Below, piece after piece: positions 20,983 to 33,703 of a DNA stretch of 64,000 bases (positions are counted from its first letter, which is position 1; each line of letters opens with the position of its first letter). The notes under the pieces are model-generated. The model did not search any database, had not been told where the DNA came from, and saw nothing but the letters and a program-made list of their open reading frames with translations. The stretch lies in NCBI GenBank assembly GCA_964430935.1, contig CAYSHK010000082.1, forward strand, positions 9,979 through 73,978, given 5' to 3'. The position numbers were made by a program, and so were the translations under genes. The stretch comes from an uncultured Rhizobiaceae bacterium. GTDB taxonomy: Bacteria; Pseudomonadota; Alphaproteobacteria; Rhizobiales; Aestuariivirgaceae.

Positions 20983-21909
20983 TCAGCCGTCGCGGTAGAA
21001 GATGTGGCGGCCGATCTTGCGCACCTTGCGCATGGCCCAGGCCCATCTCGGACGGACATAGTCGGCGTGATAGTAGTTGACGCCGGCCAGCGCCTCCATG
21101 CCGAGCTTGCCGTTCAGGGCCTTGGTGGCTATGCGACGGGCCTTGGCCCACGCCTTGCGCTGGCGCGCTATGTCCGGCTTGCCATCGCAGGCGAAGGAGA
21201 ACTGGCAGGAATTGCGCCTTTCCGCGCCCTGATAGACCACGCCGCAGATGGTGTTGGGGAATCGCGGATCCTTCACGCGGTTGAGGATCACCTTGGCCAC
21301 CGCCATCTGGCCCAGCTCGCCCTCGGAACGGGCCTCGAAGTAGAGCGCCGTCGCAAGGCAATTGCGCTCCCGCAGATAGCGCTTGCGCGCCGCCACCTTG
21401 CGGGCCATGCGTTTCTTGCGCTCGCCCAGGATGCGCTCCCGGTCCGTGCGCGCCATGCGCCAGCTCTTCTCCAGCTTCCAGACGGGTGGAGAGGTGATGA
21501 GACGGGCCTCGAGAACCTCCGGCCTGTCGACGGTCATCAAGGGGGGCTCACGCTCGATCACCGAAGCCGCCAGAAAATCCGACTTTCCGGAACGGACCAC
21601 GCGCGGGGCCTCGACGATCTCCGTCACGGGCCCGTCGTCGATGCCGTCGGTGCGCAGTCCGGCGCTGAGCACCAGCGGCAGGGACGGACTGGCGACGGTC
21701 GGCGCGGGGGTCGTGATCGACGTCCACTCCCCGTCGTCCAGAGCGCGGGCATTGGCGTTCTTGCCGAAATGATGACCGGCCAGCGCCATCGCGGCACCGA
21801 GCGTGATTCCCGCCAGAACAAACGAGGCGATCTCGGAAACGCGCCAGCGGCCCTCGTCTCCATCGTCCAGTTCATCCGCTCCGAAGGGAAACTCGTCCTG
21901 ATACTGCAT
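20983..21909 (-). CDS. Cell wall hydrolase SleB-family protein
   Basis: C-terminal hydrolase_2 domain (CLATALYFEARSEGELGQMAVAKVILNRV...NSCQFSF). N-terminal TM segment. ATG at 21909 is preceded by GGAAGG. Confidence 0.8.
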   Translation of the reverse strand: MQYQDEFPFGADELDDGDEGRWRVSEIASFVLAGITLGAAMALAGHHFGKNANARALDDGEWTSITTPAPTVASPSLPLVLSAGLRTDGIDDGPVTEIVEAPRVVRSGKSDFLAASVIEREPPLMTVDRPEVLEARLITSPPVWKLEKSWRMARTDRERILGERKKRMARKVAARKRYLRERNCLATALYFEARSEGELGQMAVAKVILNRVKDPRFPNTICGVVYQGAERRNSCQFSFACDGKPDIARQRKAWAKARRIATKALNGKLGMEALAGVNYYHADYVRPRWAWAMRKVRKIGRHIFYRDG

Positions 21910-22037
21910 GCCTTCCAGCCTTCCGAATCGCATGCCCGGTGGGCTACGCCTGTTGCGGTTTTCTGCACCGCAAATGCGGTCATTCTTCGGCAGTATGCCC
22001 CCGCGAGGGTTTAGCACAGGTTAACCATAACGGACAA

Positions 22038-22065
22038 GCGGCCGGAAATACGCATTTCCGGCCGC
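22038..22065 (-). terminator. Hairpin terminator downstream of ppdK
   Basis: GCGGCCGGAAAT-acgc-ATTTCCGGCCGC is a perfect 12-bp stem, 31 nt after the ppdK stop. The T-tract is weak on the minus strand (TTGTCCGTT) and stronger on the plus strand. Confidence 0.55.
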
Positions 22066-22095
22066 TTTCATACGGTTTTTCCGGGGTTTCCAGGC

Positions 22096-24777
<2,682 letters not shown>

Positions 24778-25013
24778 TGCCCTCGATCCTCTTGAAGGAA
24801 GTTCTGTCTGGAAGGTTTCCCGATACGACGGACGCTTGGCGGCGCAAGGTAATGCCGCGCCCGGGTGGTAAGCCGTGAGAACCAGAACGCCACTGCCGGT
24901 GGTGCGTCAAGTCTTCTTTCGGCTAATGAAAGTTTTTCTTGCGGCCCGATGCACATCTGCACACCCACGCCCCCGACGGTCCGCGGGCCGGACGGAACGG
25001 AAGAGCGCGTCCC

Positions 25014-27098
25014 TCAGCCCTCGATCCTCGAGAAGTCCGCCACGGTCGCGGCCGCGGCACGGATGCGGGATAGCAGTTTCAGCCGGTTCTCGCGCAGGGT
25101 CGGATCCTCGGCGTTGACGGTGACCTTGTCGAAGAACTCGTCCACGGGACCGCGCAGACGGGCGAGCGCGGCCATGGCCGCCTCGAAGTCCTCCGCCTCG
25201 ATCGCCCTGCGGGCGTTGGCGCGGGCCTGCCGGATGGCGGTGGCCAGAGCCTTCTCCGGACCGGCGAGAAGAAGCTGGCTGTTCGGCTCCCCCTCGTAGG
25301 CCACGCCGTCCTTCTTCTCCTCGATGCGCAGGATGTTGGCGGCGCGGCGGATGCCGGCCAGAAGATTCCGCCCGTCCTCCGTGGCGAGGAAATTCTCCAG
25401 CGCCTTCACGCGGCGGACGATCATCAGAAGGTCGTCCTGACCGCCGAGCGAGAAGACGGCGTCGATGAGATCGTGCCGCACGCCGGATTCACGCAGATGC
25501 ACCTTGAGGCGGTCGATGACGAAGCCGAGCAGGTCGCGGGCGATCTCTCCGGCATCCTGCGTCTCCTCGTCGAACGCCGGAGACAGACGCACGCGGTCCT
25601 CCAGGAAGGGCAGCAGCGGCACCCGCAGATCGTTCTCGAGTATGATGCGGATGATGCCGAGGGCGGCGCGCCGCAGGGCGAAGGGATCGCGCGATCCGGT
25701 CGGCTTCTCTCCGGCCGCCCAGAAGTTGGCCAGCATGTCGAGCTTGTCGGCCAGGGCGACGGCGATGGAGACGGGCTGGTCCGGCACGCGGTCGGAGGGG
25801 CCCTGCGGCCTGTAGTGGTCCTCGATGGCCTGGGCGATGTAGGGCGGCACGCAGGATTTCAGGGCGTAGTACCTGCCCATGAGCCCCTGCAGCTCGGGAA
25901 ACTCGCCGACCATCTCGGTGGTGAGATCGGCCTTCGAGAGCCGGGCGGCGAAGGCGGCCTCGTCCGGATCCGCGTCCACGAAGGGCGCGAGGTCGCGGGC
26001 CAGCTCCTCCAGCCGGCGCACCCGGTCGCCCTGCGAGCCGAGTTTCGCATGGAAGGTGATGGCATCCAGAGCCGGAACCCTCTCCTCCAGCGGAACGGAG
26101 AGATCCTGCTCCCAGAAGAACCGGGCATCGGACAGACGTGCGGCGATCACACGGTTGTTGCCATCGACGATCTTCGCACCGCCGTCCCGCGCCTGCAGGT
26201 TGGACACCAGCAGATACCGGTTGGCCAGTGCGCCGCCATCCTCCTCGCGGTGCCTCAGCGCGAAGCATTTCTGATGGCTGCGGATGGTGGTGATGATGAC
26301 CTCGGGCGGCACCTCCAGGAAGGATTCGTCGAACTCTCCCATGAGTACCACCGGCCATTCCACGAGACCGGCCGTCTCGCGCACGAGCCCCTCGTCCTCG
26401 ACCAGCTCCAGTCCGGCATCGGCCGCCAGTTTCCGCGCCTGTTCGCGGATGATCGCGGCACGCTCCTCGCCGTCCACGAGCACGAAGGATTGGCGCAGCT
26501 TCTCCCCGTATTCCGCGAACGAGGAGACGGCGAACGCGTCCGGCGCCATGAACCTGTGGCCCCGCGTGACGTTTCCGGAGACGATGCCCTCGATCTCGAA
26601 CTCCACCGGACGGCCGTCCAGAACGCAGACGATGGAGTGCAGGGGACGCACCCAGCGCAGACGCCGCGAGCCCCAGCGCATGGACTTCGGCCACGGGAAT
26701 TTGCGGATCACCTCCGGCAGCAGCTCGCGCAGCACCTCTTCCGTGGGGCGGCCCGGTTTTTCGATGCGGGCCACGTAGTAGGCGCCCTTCCTGTCGTCCT
26801 TGACGATGTCGCAGTCGGCCAGGGTCAGCCCCGTGGCGCGCAGGAAGCCCTGTATGGCCTTCTCCGGCGCATCCACCCGCGGGCCGCGGCGCTCCTCGGA
26901 AACGTCCGGTGTCCTTTCCGGAACGTCCTCCACCACCAGCGCGAGACGCCGGGGGCCGGCGAAGGCGCGGGCGGAGCCGACCTCCAGACCGGTCTCCCCA
27001 AGTCCGTCGAGAACGAGTCTTCGGAGATCCTCGGCCGCGCGCTTCTGCATGCGGGCGGGGATTTCCTCGGAGAAGAGTTCTATGAGAAGCTCGGGCAT
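25014..27098 (-). CDS. glyS: Glycine-tRNA ligase beta subunit
   Basis: [18 protein letters not shown] is the canonical N-terminus. 694 aa. Start at 27098 rather than the track start at 27155. Confidence 0.95.
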   Translation of the reverse strand: MPELLIELFSEEIPARMQKRAAEDLRRLVLDGLGETGLEVGSARAFAGPRRLALVVEDVPERTPDVSEERRGPRVDAPEKAIQGFLRATGLTLADCDIVKDDRKGAYYVARIEKPGRPTEEVLRELLPEVIRKFPWPKSMRWGSRRLRWVRPLHSIVCVLDGRPVEFEIEGIVSGNVTRGHRFMAPDAFAVSSFAEYGEKLRQSFVLVDGEERAAIIREQARKLAADAGLELVEDEGLVRETAGLVEWPVVLMGEFDESFLEVPPEVIITTIRSHQKCFALRHREEDGGALANRYLLVSNLQARDGGAKIVDGNNRVIAARLSDARFFWEQDLSVPLEERVPALDAITFHAKLGSQGDRVRRLEELARDLAPFVDADPDEAAFAARLSKADLTTEMVGEFPELQGLMGRYYALKSCVPPYIAQAIEDHYRPQGPSDRVPDQPVSIAVALADKLDMLANFWAAGEKPTGSRDPFALRRAALGIIRIILENDLRVPLLPFLEDRVRLSPAFDEETQDAGEIARDLLGFVIDRLKVHLRESGVRHDLIDAVFSLGGQDDLLMIVRRVKALENFLATEDGRNLLAGIRRAANILRIEEKKDGVAYEGEPNSQLLLAGPEKALATAIRQARANARRAIEAEDFEAAMAALARLRGPVDEFFDKVTVNAEDPTLRENRLKLLSRIRAAAATVADFSRIEG

Positions 27099-27264
27099 TT
27101 CCGTTCCACCTGTTCCGGGGCCGCGCCCCGCCGTCAACCCTCCGGCATCCTGCATGCATCCGTCCGGGGGAACCGCGCGCCGGAGGCCGGCGGATCTCCC
27201 GTCCTTCCGGCGGGAAGGAAATTCCGGCGGGCAAGGCGCGCCCGCGGCCGTTCACGCCGTTTCC

Positions 27265-28215
27265 CTATCCCTCCGCATCGTCGTCCGCCATGCCGCAACC
27301 GCCCCCGGCCCTCGTTCCGGCCCATGCCTCGCAGCATCCCTTGGCCAATTCGCGCACCCGGAGGATGTACGCCTGCCGCTCGGTGACGGAGATCACCCCG
27401 CGCGCATCCAGCAGATTGAAGACATGGGAGGCCTTGATGCACTGGTCGTAGGCCGGCTGGGCCAGCAGATGGCAGTCCCCCTTTCCGCCCTCCTCCAGCA
27501 GCCGCCGGCATTCGGCCTCCGCGTCTTCGAAATGGCGGAAGAGCATGTCGGTATCCGCATACTCGAAATTGTACCGGGAATATTCCTGCTCCGCCTGGAG
27601 GAAGATGTCTCCGTAGGTGACCCTTTCGGCGCCGTCGCGGCCGTTGAAATTGAGGTCGAAGACGTTGTCCACGCCCTGCACGTACATCGCAAGGCGCTCC
27701 AGACCGTAGGTGAGCTCTCCGGAGACGGGATCGCAGTCCATGCCGCCGACCTGCTGGAAATAGGTGAACTGCGAGACCTCCATGCCGTCGCACCACACCT
27801 CCCAGCCCAGCCCCCAGGCCCCCAGCGTGGGGCTCTCCCAGTCGTCCTCCACGAAACGGACGTCATGCTCCAGGGGGTCGATGCCGATGGCGCGGAGGGA
27901 GCCCAGATAGAGCTCCTGCAGGTCGTCGGGGGACGGTTTCAGGATCACCTGGTACTGGTAGTAGTGCTGGAGGCGGTTCGGATTTTCGCCATAGCGCCCG
28001 TCCGCCGGCCGGCGGCAGGGCTGCACGTAGGCGGCTTTCCAGGGCAGCGGCCCGATGGAGCGCAGCGTCGTGGCCGGGTGGAAGGTGCCCGCGCCGACCT
28101 CCATGTCGTAGGGCTGGAGGATGACGCATCCCTGCCGCGCCCAGTAGTCGTGCAGCGTGAGAATCAGGTCCTGGAACGAACGGGCCGGATCTAGGCCCCT
28201 GGCGCCTTCGCTCAT
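27265..28215 (-). CDS. glyQ: Glycine-tRNA ligase alpha subunit
   Basis: [34 protein letters not shown] is canonical. Start at MSEGARG (28215). Confidence 0.95.
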   Translation of the reverse strand: MSEGARGLDPARSFQDLILTLHDYWARQGCVILQPYDMEVGAGTFHPATTLRSIGPLPWKAAYVQPCRRPADGRYGENPNRLQHYYQYQVILKPSPDDLQELYLGSLRAIGIDPLEHDVRFVEDDWESPTLGAWGLGWEVWCDGMEVSQFTYFQQVGGMDCDPVSGELTYGLERLAMYVQGVDNVFDLNFNGRDGAERVTYGDIFLQAEQEYSRYNFEYADTDMLFRHFEDAEAECRRLLEEGGKGDCHLLAQPAYDQCIKASHVFNLLDARGVISVTERQAYILRVRELAKGCCEAWAGTRAGGGCGMADDDAEG

Positions 28216-28303
28216 GATGGATCGCCCTGTTGCGCAAACGGTTGAATCTGGCGGCGAAGGTAGGGGCACGCAACGGTCGCGTCAACAGACGTTCGCGCCC
28301 TTT

Positions 28304-28537
28304 TCATCCCTCGTCTCCGTCCCCCTCGGACGGCCTGTAGATCCCCGTCCTGGGATCCTTCTTCAACGTGACGGTCCGTTCCGCCTCCGTCTCCTTCTCC
28401 ACCACCTTTCCCTCCGGGGCGTCGTGGGCGGGCTTGCGGGCCCGCTCGCGCAGCCTGGCCTCGCGTTCGCGGACGAACTTGAAGGTGACGAAGACCAGCG
28501 CCACGACCAGAAGGAAAACGAGCAGCTTGGCACCCAT
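28304..28537 (-). CDS. Small membrane-anchored protein (77 aa), unknown function
   Basis: N-terminal TM helix MGAKLLVFLLVVALVFVTFKF followed by a highly charged tail. Its ATG overlaps the cutA stop (TGATG). The track ORF extending to 28768 is over-extended. Confidence 0.5.
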   Translation of the reverse strand: MGAKLLVFLLVVALVFVTFKFVREREARLRERARKPAHDAPEGKVVEKETEAERTVTLKKDPRTGIYRPSEGDGDEG

Positions 28538-28866
28538 CACTCCGCCCCTTCCGTCTGCCGGTCCACCCAGCCGAGATAGGCGGCGAGGCCCGCCTCGACG
28601 GGAACGGCCACGATCTCGGGAATGTCGTAGGAGTGATGCGCGCGCAGATGCGCCTCCACGTCGGCGTAGCGGTCGCGGCGCGTCTTGGCGAGCAGGAGGA
28701 TCTCGGCGTCCTCCCGCACTTCGCCTTCCCACTCGTATACGCTTTCCACGGGCACCATCTGGACGCATGCGGCGAGCCGCCCCTCCACGAGGCCGCGCGC
28801 CAGCCGACGCGCCTCCTCGCGGGAACCGGCCGTCGTCATGATCACCACATGGCCGTCCCGCTCCAC
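28537..28866 (-). CDS. cutA: Divalent-cation tolerance protein CutA
   Basis: 109 aa. LAACVQ...SVYEWEGEV...KT....Y..H.YD.PEI is the typical CutA1 pattern. Confidence 0.85.
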   Translation of the reverse strand: MERDGHVVIMTTAGSREEARRLARGLVEGRLAACVQMVPVESVYEWEGEVREDAEILLLAKTRRDRYADVEAHLRAHHSYDIPEIVAVPVEAGLAAYLGWVDRQTEGAE

Positions 28867-28870
28867 GGTC

Positions 28871-30184
28871 TCAGCCCTCCTTCGGGCGTTCGTCGACGAT
28901 GCGCACCGCCTTGCCCTGCGAACGGGGCACGGCGCCGGGCTCCCCGACGATCACCTCGGTGGAGATGCCGACGTTGTCCTTGACCAGCTTCTCCAGCCTG
29001 TCGGCCATCGCGCCGCGGGCGGCTTCGTCCGCGGCCTCCGGCAGCGCCTCGGTGCGGATGGTCATGACGTCCATGCGTCCGTCGCGGGTCAGGACGATCT
29101 GGAAATGCGGAGCGAGCCCCTCCACCTTCAGCAGCTGCTCCTCGATCTGGGTCGGAAACACGTTGACGCCGCGGATGATCATCATGTCGTCCGTGCGGCC
29201 GGTGACCTTCTCCATGCGGCGGAAGGAGCGCGCCGTTCCCGGCAGAAGCCGCGTCAGATCGCGGGTGCGGTAGCGGATGATCGGGAAGGCCTCCTTGGTC
29301 AGCGAGGTGAAGACCAGTTCGCCCCGCTCTCCGTCCTCCAGCGTCGCGCCGGTCTCCGGGTCGATGATCTCCGGATAGAAATGGTCCTCGTAGATGTGCA
29401 GACCGTCCTTCGTCTCCACGCACTCGCAGGCCACGCCGGGGCCGATGATCTCGGACAGGCCGTAGAGATCCACGGCGTGCATGTCGAAGGCCTCCTCGAT
29501 TTCCCGGCGCATGGCGTTCGTCCACGGCTCGGCGCCGAAGATGCCGACCTTCAGGGAGCTTTCGCGCGGGTCCAGCCCCTGATTGCGGAACTCGTCCAGG
29601 ATGGCGAGCATGTAGGAGGGCGTGACGGCGATCCCGTCCGGCCGGAAATCGTTGATGAGGGTGACCTGCCGGGCCGTCATGCCGCCGGAGACGGGAACCA
29701 CCGTCAGCCCGAGCTCCTCGCCGCCGTAGTGGGCTCCCAGTCCCCCGGTGAACAGCCCGTAGCCGTAGGCGTTGTGGAGGATGTCGCCCTTGCGCAGCCC
29801 GGCGGAACGGAAGGCGCGGGCCATCAGTTTCGCCCAGGTGCGGATGTCGTTCTTCGTGTAGCCCACCACCGTGGGCTTGCCGGTGGTGCCGGAGGAGGCA
29901 TGGATGCGCACCACCTCCTCGCGCGGGACGGCGAACATGCCGAAAGGATAGTTGTCGCGCAGGTCCTGCTTCGTGGTGAAGGGGAATTTCGCGAGGTCGG
30001 AAAGCTCCTTCAGGTCTTCGGGACGGACCTTCGCCTCGTCGAATTTCCTCCGGTAGAACGGCACGTTCTCGTAGGCGTGGCGCAGCGACCACTTCAGGCG
30101 CTCCAGCTGCAACGCCGCGATCTCGTCGCGCGACGCCGTCTCGACCGGCTCCAGATCGCCGGGCTTCGGCGAAAGGTCTTCCAT
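28871..30184 (-). CDS. paaK: Phenylacetate-CoA ligase family (aryl-acetate/aryl-acid CoA ligase)
   Basis: 437 aa. SSGTTGKPTVVGYT AMP-binding motif, YGLSE, and the C-terminal IIRGVNVFPTQIE motif characteristic of PaaK-type ligases. Confidence 0.85.
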   Translation of the reverse strand: MEDLSPKPGDLEPVETASRDEIAALQLERLKWSLRHAYENVPFYRRKFDEAKVRPEDLKELSDLAKFPFTTKQDLRDNYPFGMFAVPREEVVRIHASSGTTGKPTVVGYTKNDIRTWAKLMARAFRSAGLRKGDILHNAYGYGLFTGGLGAHYGGEELGLTVVPVSGGMTARQVTLINDFRPDGIAVTPSYMLAILDEFRNQGLDPRESSLKVGIFGAEPWTNAMRREIEEAFDMHAVDLYGLSEIIGPGVACECVETKDGLHIYEDHFYPEIIDPETGATLEDGERGELVFTSLTKEAFPIIRYRTRDLTRLLPGTARSFRRMEKVTGRTDDMMIIRGVNVFPTQIEEQLLKVEGLAPHFQIVLTRDGRMDVMTIRTEALPEAADEAARGAMADRLEKLVKDNVGISTEVIVGEPGAVPRSQGKAVRIVDERPKEG

Positions 30185-30235
30185 GGATCCCCGCTCCCTC
30201 TTCCGTGTCTTCCAGCGGGAGAGCGGACCGGCTCC

Positions 30236-30778
30236 TCAGACCGTCTCCGCCTCCCTGGCCATTTCCCGGCCCGCGTCGAAGGCCTCCGCGTTCAGATCGC
30301 GGAACCTCTCCGGCACGAGCCCCAGCATCTTGTCGCGCAATGTGTCAGGATCAATGATCTCCGTCAATTCCGCCAAGGCTCCCAGGGCGACGATGTTGGC
30401 CACGCGGGCGTTCCCGATCTCCCGCGCCCGCGCCGTCATCGGCAGGGAGACCACCCGGCCGCCCCCTTCCGGCGCCTCCCGGACGTTGCTTTCGTCGACG
30501 ACGACCAGGGTTTCCGGTCCCAGCAGGCCGGCGGAGGCGGGCACCGCGACCTGATCGAGGATGACCACGGCATCGAGACGGGTGGCGAGCGGATATTCCA
30601 CCTCGCGGTCGGAGACCACGAGATCGGAGCGCGACAGACCGCCACGCGAGGTGGGTTCGTAGGCCTGCGACTGCGCGACGAAGCGCCCTTCCCCGGCCAG
30701 CGCCGCGGCGAGAATGCGGGCGGACAGGATCAGCCCCTGTCCGCCGGAGCCGGAAAAGCGGATCTGCATGTCCTTCAT
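30236..30778 (-). CDS. 2-oxoacid:ferredoxin oxidoreductase gamma subunit
   Basis: 180 aa. IRFSGSGGQGLILSARILAAA is the typical gamma-subunit (POR_N-like) N-terminus. ATGA overlap with the beta subunit stop. Confidence 0.85.
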   Translation of the reverse strand: MKDMQIRFSGSGGQGLILSARILAAALAGEGRFVAQSQAYEPTSRGGLSRSDLVVSDREVEYPLATRLDAVVILDQVAVPASAGLLGPETLVVVDESNVREAPEGGGRVVSLPMTARAREIGNARVANIVALGALAELTEIIDPDTLRDKMLGLVPERFRDLNAEAFDAGREMAREAETV

Positions 30779-31629
30779 CCTTCCTTCCCCCCCTGCCGGA
30801 CGCGGTCGCACAGCTCGCGGTAGGCCCCGCCGTACTCCTGCCGTTTCTGGCGCACGAACACGCCGGTCGGGAAGGGATTGGGCCGGAAGGGCCGGGCGAC
30901 GCGGTTGTCGGACCGCTCGGGAATCATGACCTTCTTCTGCTTCAGGACCATCTCCGGAGAGCTGCCCAGCGCGTTCTTGCGGCCGAAGATCTCCGTGCAG
31001 TCGGAGATCACCTCCACGAACGAGAATCCCTCGTGCGCGATGGCCTCCTTCAGAAGATCCTTCAGGGTCGGGATCTGGAGCGTCGCTTCGCGGCCCACGA
31101 AACTGGCTCCCGCACCCTCCGCCAGACGGCAGGCGTCGAAGACCGGCTCCATGTTGCCCGCAGGCGTGGTGGTGGTGTAGCGCTGCGCGGACGTGGTGGG
31201 CGACACCTGCCCGCCGGTCATGCCGTAGACCTCGTTGTTGAGCATCATGCAGGTGATGTCGAGGTTGCGGCGACAGGCATGGATGAGATGGTTGCCGCCG
31301 ATGGCCAGGGAATCCCCGTCGCCGGTGATGACGATCACCGTGAGATCCGGACGGGCCAGCTTCAGCCCGGTCGCGAAGGCCAGCGGACGGCCATGGGTGG
31401 TGTGGAAGGTGTTGGCGTCGATGTACGCGCCGGTGCGGCCCGAGCAGCCGATGCCCGAGACGATGGCCAGCCTGTCCTTGTCCACGCCCAGCTCGTGGCA
31501 GGCCCAGAGCAGCGCGCGCAGGGCGATGCCATGTCCGCAGCCGGGACACATGAAATGCGGCATCAGCTCCGTTCTGAGCCAGTCGCGGATGTCGAATTCG
31601 TCGGCGGAAGTGACCTTGATCTCGTTCAT
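30775..31629 (-). CDS. 2-oxoacid:ferredoxin oxidoreductase beta (TPP-binding) subunit
   Basis: 284 aa. CPGCGHG motif and GDGD...GGNH TPP-binding motif. Start at MNEIKV (31629); the track start at 31830 is over-extended. Confidence 0.9.
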   Translation of the reverse strand: MNEIKVTSADEFDIRDWLRTELMPHFMCPGCGHGIALRALLWACHELGVDKDRLAIVSGIGCSGRTGAYIDANTFHTTHGRPLAFATGLKLARPDLTVIVITGDGDSLAIGGNHLIHACRRNLDITCMMLNNEVYGMTGGQVSPTTSAQRYTTTTPAGNMEPVFDACRLAEGAGASFVGREATLQIPTLKDLLKEAIAHEGFSFVEVISDCTEIFGRKNALGSSPEMVLKQKKVMIPERSDNRVARPFRPNPFPTGVFVRQKRQEYGGAYRELCDRVRQGGKEG

Positions 31630-32783
31630 GCCACGCTCTCCCTGACGGCCTCGGCGATCATGCCCGGCGTGACCGCCTCGCCGTCGTAGCGGTTCACCCC
31701 CCGGACGGCGACGCCCTCCGGCGCCAGACGTTGCGCTTCGAGCACGAGCTGCCCCATGTTCATCTCCGGAACCACGACCGCCTTCCTCCCGGCCGCGAGG
31801 GCGCGGAACGTCCGCTCCGGGAAGGGCCACAGCGTCACCGGACGGAACAGACCGGCGCGGACGCCCTCCGCACGCAGTTCGCGGATGGCGGATTTCGCCG
31901 CGCGGGCCGGAGTGCCGATGGCGAGGATCAGCACCTCCGCGTCGTCCGTCTCCACCAGTTCGTTGCGTTCGATCAGATCGCGGTGCCGCTCCAGCTTGCC
32001 GAGCAGACGGTCCATGAAAGCGGTCACCTTTTCCGGATCCTGGGTGGGAAAGCCCCGCTCGTCATGGGTGAGGCCCGTGGTGTGCACCCTGTAGCCGTCG
32101 CCGGGGCGGGCCATGGCCGGGATCATGTCGTCCCCGGCGGCGAAAGGAAGGTACTCCTCGCGCGGGCCGGTGGCCCACTTGCGCTCCGTCAGCTCCCCGG
32201 GAGCCGGCCGTGCGAGCTCCACGGTCTCCACCAGATGGCCGATGATCTCGTCGAAGAGCACCACCACGGGCACCCGCAGCGCCTCCGACAGATTGAAGGC
32301 GCGGATCGTCTCCTCGTAGATCTCGCGCACCGTGTGGGGGGCCAGCACGATCACCGGATGATCGCCGTGCGTGCCCCAGCGGGCCTGGAGTATGTCGCCC
32401 TGGGCCGGGCGGGTCGGCATGCCGGTGGAAGGGCCGCCGCGCATCACGTTGACGACGACGCAGGGTGTTTCGGTGATGGCCGCGTAGCCGAGATTCTCCT
32501 GCTTGAGGGAGAACCCGGGTCCGGAGGTGGCGGTCATGGCCTTCACCCCGCCCAGCGACGCCCCGATGACCGCCGCCATGGAACCGATCTCGTCCTCCAT
32601 CTGGATGAAGGTGCCGCCCACCCTTGGCAGTTCGGCGGCCATCTTCTCGGCTATCTCGGAGGACGGCGTGATCGGATATCCCGCGTAGAAGCGGCAGCCC
32701 GCCGCTATGGCGCCGAGCGCGCAGGCGGCGTTGCCCTGGATGTTGCGACGGACGGGCGCGTCCTTTCCGGCATGGGCGTTCAT
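31626..32783 (-). CDS. 2-oxoacid:ferredoxin oxidoreductase alpha subunit
   Basis: 385 aa. GNAACALGAIAAGCRFYAGYPITPSSEI and MTATSGPGFSL motifs. ATGA overlaps at both ends. Confidence 0.9.
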   Translation of the reverse strand: MNAHAGKDAPVRRNIQGNAACALGAIAAGCRFYAGYPITPSSEIAEKMAAELPRVGGTFIQMEDEIGSMAAVIGASLGGVKAMTATSGPGFSLKQENLGYAAITETPCVVVNVMRGGPSTGMPTRPAQGDILQARWGTHGDHPVIVLAPHTVREIYEETIRAFNLSEALRVPVVVLFDEIIGHLVETVELARPAPGELTERKWATGPREEYLPFAAGDDMIPAMARPGDGYRVHTTGLTHDERGFPTQDPEKVTAFMDRLLGKLERHRDLIERNELVETDDAEVLILAIGTPARAAKSAIRELRAEGVRAGLFRPVTLWPFPERTFRALAAGRKAVVVPEMNMGQLVLEAQRLAPEGVAVRGVNRYDGEAVTPGMIAEAVRESVA

Positions 32784-33670
32784 CGGGCGACCTCCGTGGG
32801 CAGTTCCTTGTGCAGCCGGATGGCGAAGTCCGGGCAGAGCATTTCGCAGAGGCGGCAGCCGGTGCAGGCATCCGGATCCTTCACGACCACCTTGCCGCCC
32901 TCGTCGAGGGCGAGGCAGCGCTCGGGGCAGAACTTCACGCAGATGTCGCATCCCTTGCACCAGGCCTCGGTGATCTCCAGGCGGTTGACGACGTTCCGCA
33001 GAACCGGATCGACATCGGGCACGGGCAGAACCTCGCCCTCCGGAACGGTGGCCTCGTTCACCCATTCGCGACCGGCGAGGAACGCCGCCCTGTTGATCTC
33101 CCGCGTCTTCGGCGGCACCAGCCGTTCGATCACGTCCAGCCATGCCCGCTCGGTGAAATCCAGCGCCGTGGAGAGAATGCCGAGCAGAACCGTGTTGGCC
33201 GCACGTTCGTTGCCCAGCTTCGCGGCGATGCCGGTGGCGTCCAGCGCATAGCCCACCGACACCCTTTCGAGCACGTCGCGCGGCGTGGTCTTCGCGTACT
33301 GCGGAGCGACACCGCGCCCCCGGTCGCGGCAGGCGAACGGCGGCACGATCTTGCGTACGTCCGAGATGAAGGTGCCCTTCTCGGGATCCAGGAAATGCAG
33401 CCAGCGCAGCCCCTCCGCCCATTCCAGCGCCACCAGCACGTCGGCCTCTCCGGCCGGAATGACGGGCGAATGCACACGTCTGCCGAAGCGCACGTGCGAG
33501 AACACCGCACCCCCGCGCTTGGCCATGCCGTGGACTTCCGACTGCTTGACCTCCAGTCCATGCTCCTGGCAGAGGGTGGCCAGCACCTTGGACACCATGA
33601 TGACGCCCTGCCCTCCGACGCCGACGATCAGCACCGAGGTGACGCCGTTCCTGTCCCCATCCGAACCCAT
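32780..33670 (-). CDS. iorB: Indolepyruvate ferredoxin oxidoreductase beta subunit fused to a C-terminal 2x[4Fe-4S] OorD/PorD-type ferredoxin domain
   Basis: The N-terminal ~215 aa are IorB-like (VLIVGVGGQGVIMVSKVL...HGMAKRGGAV). The C-terminal ~60 aa carry CKGCDICVKFCP and CTGCRLCEMLCP. There is no stop between the two parts. Confidence 0.8.
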   Translation of the reverse strand: MGSDGDRNGVTSVLIVGVGGQGVIMVSKVLATLCQEHGLEVKQSEVHGMAKRGGAVFSHVRFGRRVHSPVIPAGEADVLVALEWAEGLRWLHFLDPEKGTFISDVRKIVPPFACRDRGRGVAPQYAKTTPRDVLERVSVGYALDATGIAAKLGNERAANTVLLGILSTALDFTERAWLDVIERLVPPKTREINRAAFLAGREWVNEATVPEGEVLPVPDVDPVLRNVVNRLEITEAWCKGCDICVKFCPERCLALDEGGKVVVKDPDACTGCRLCEMLCPDFAIRLHKELPTEVAR

Positions 33671-33703
33671 TCCGTCCTCCGTCTCCCGGCCCAGACGCCG
33701 TTC

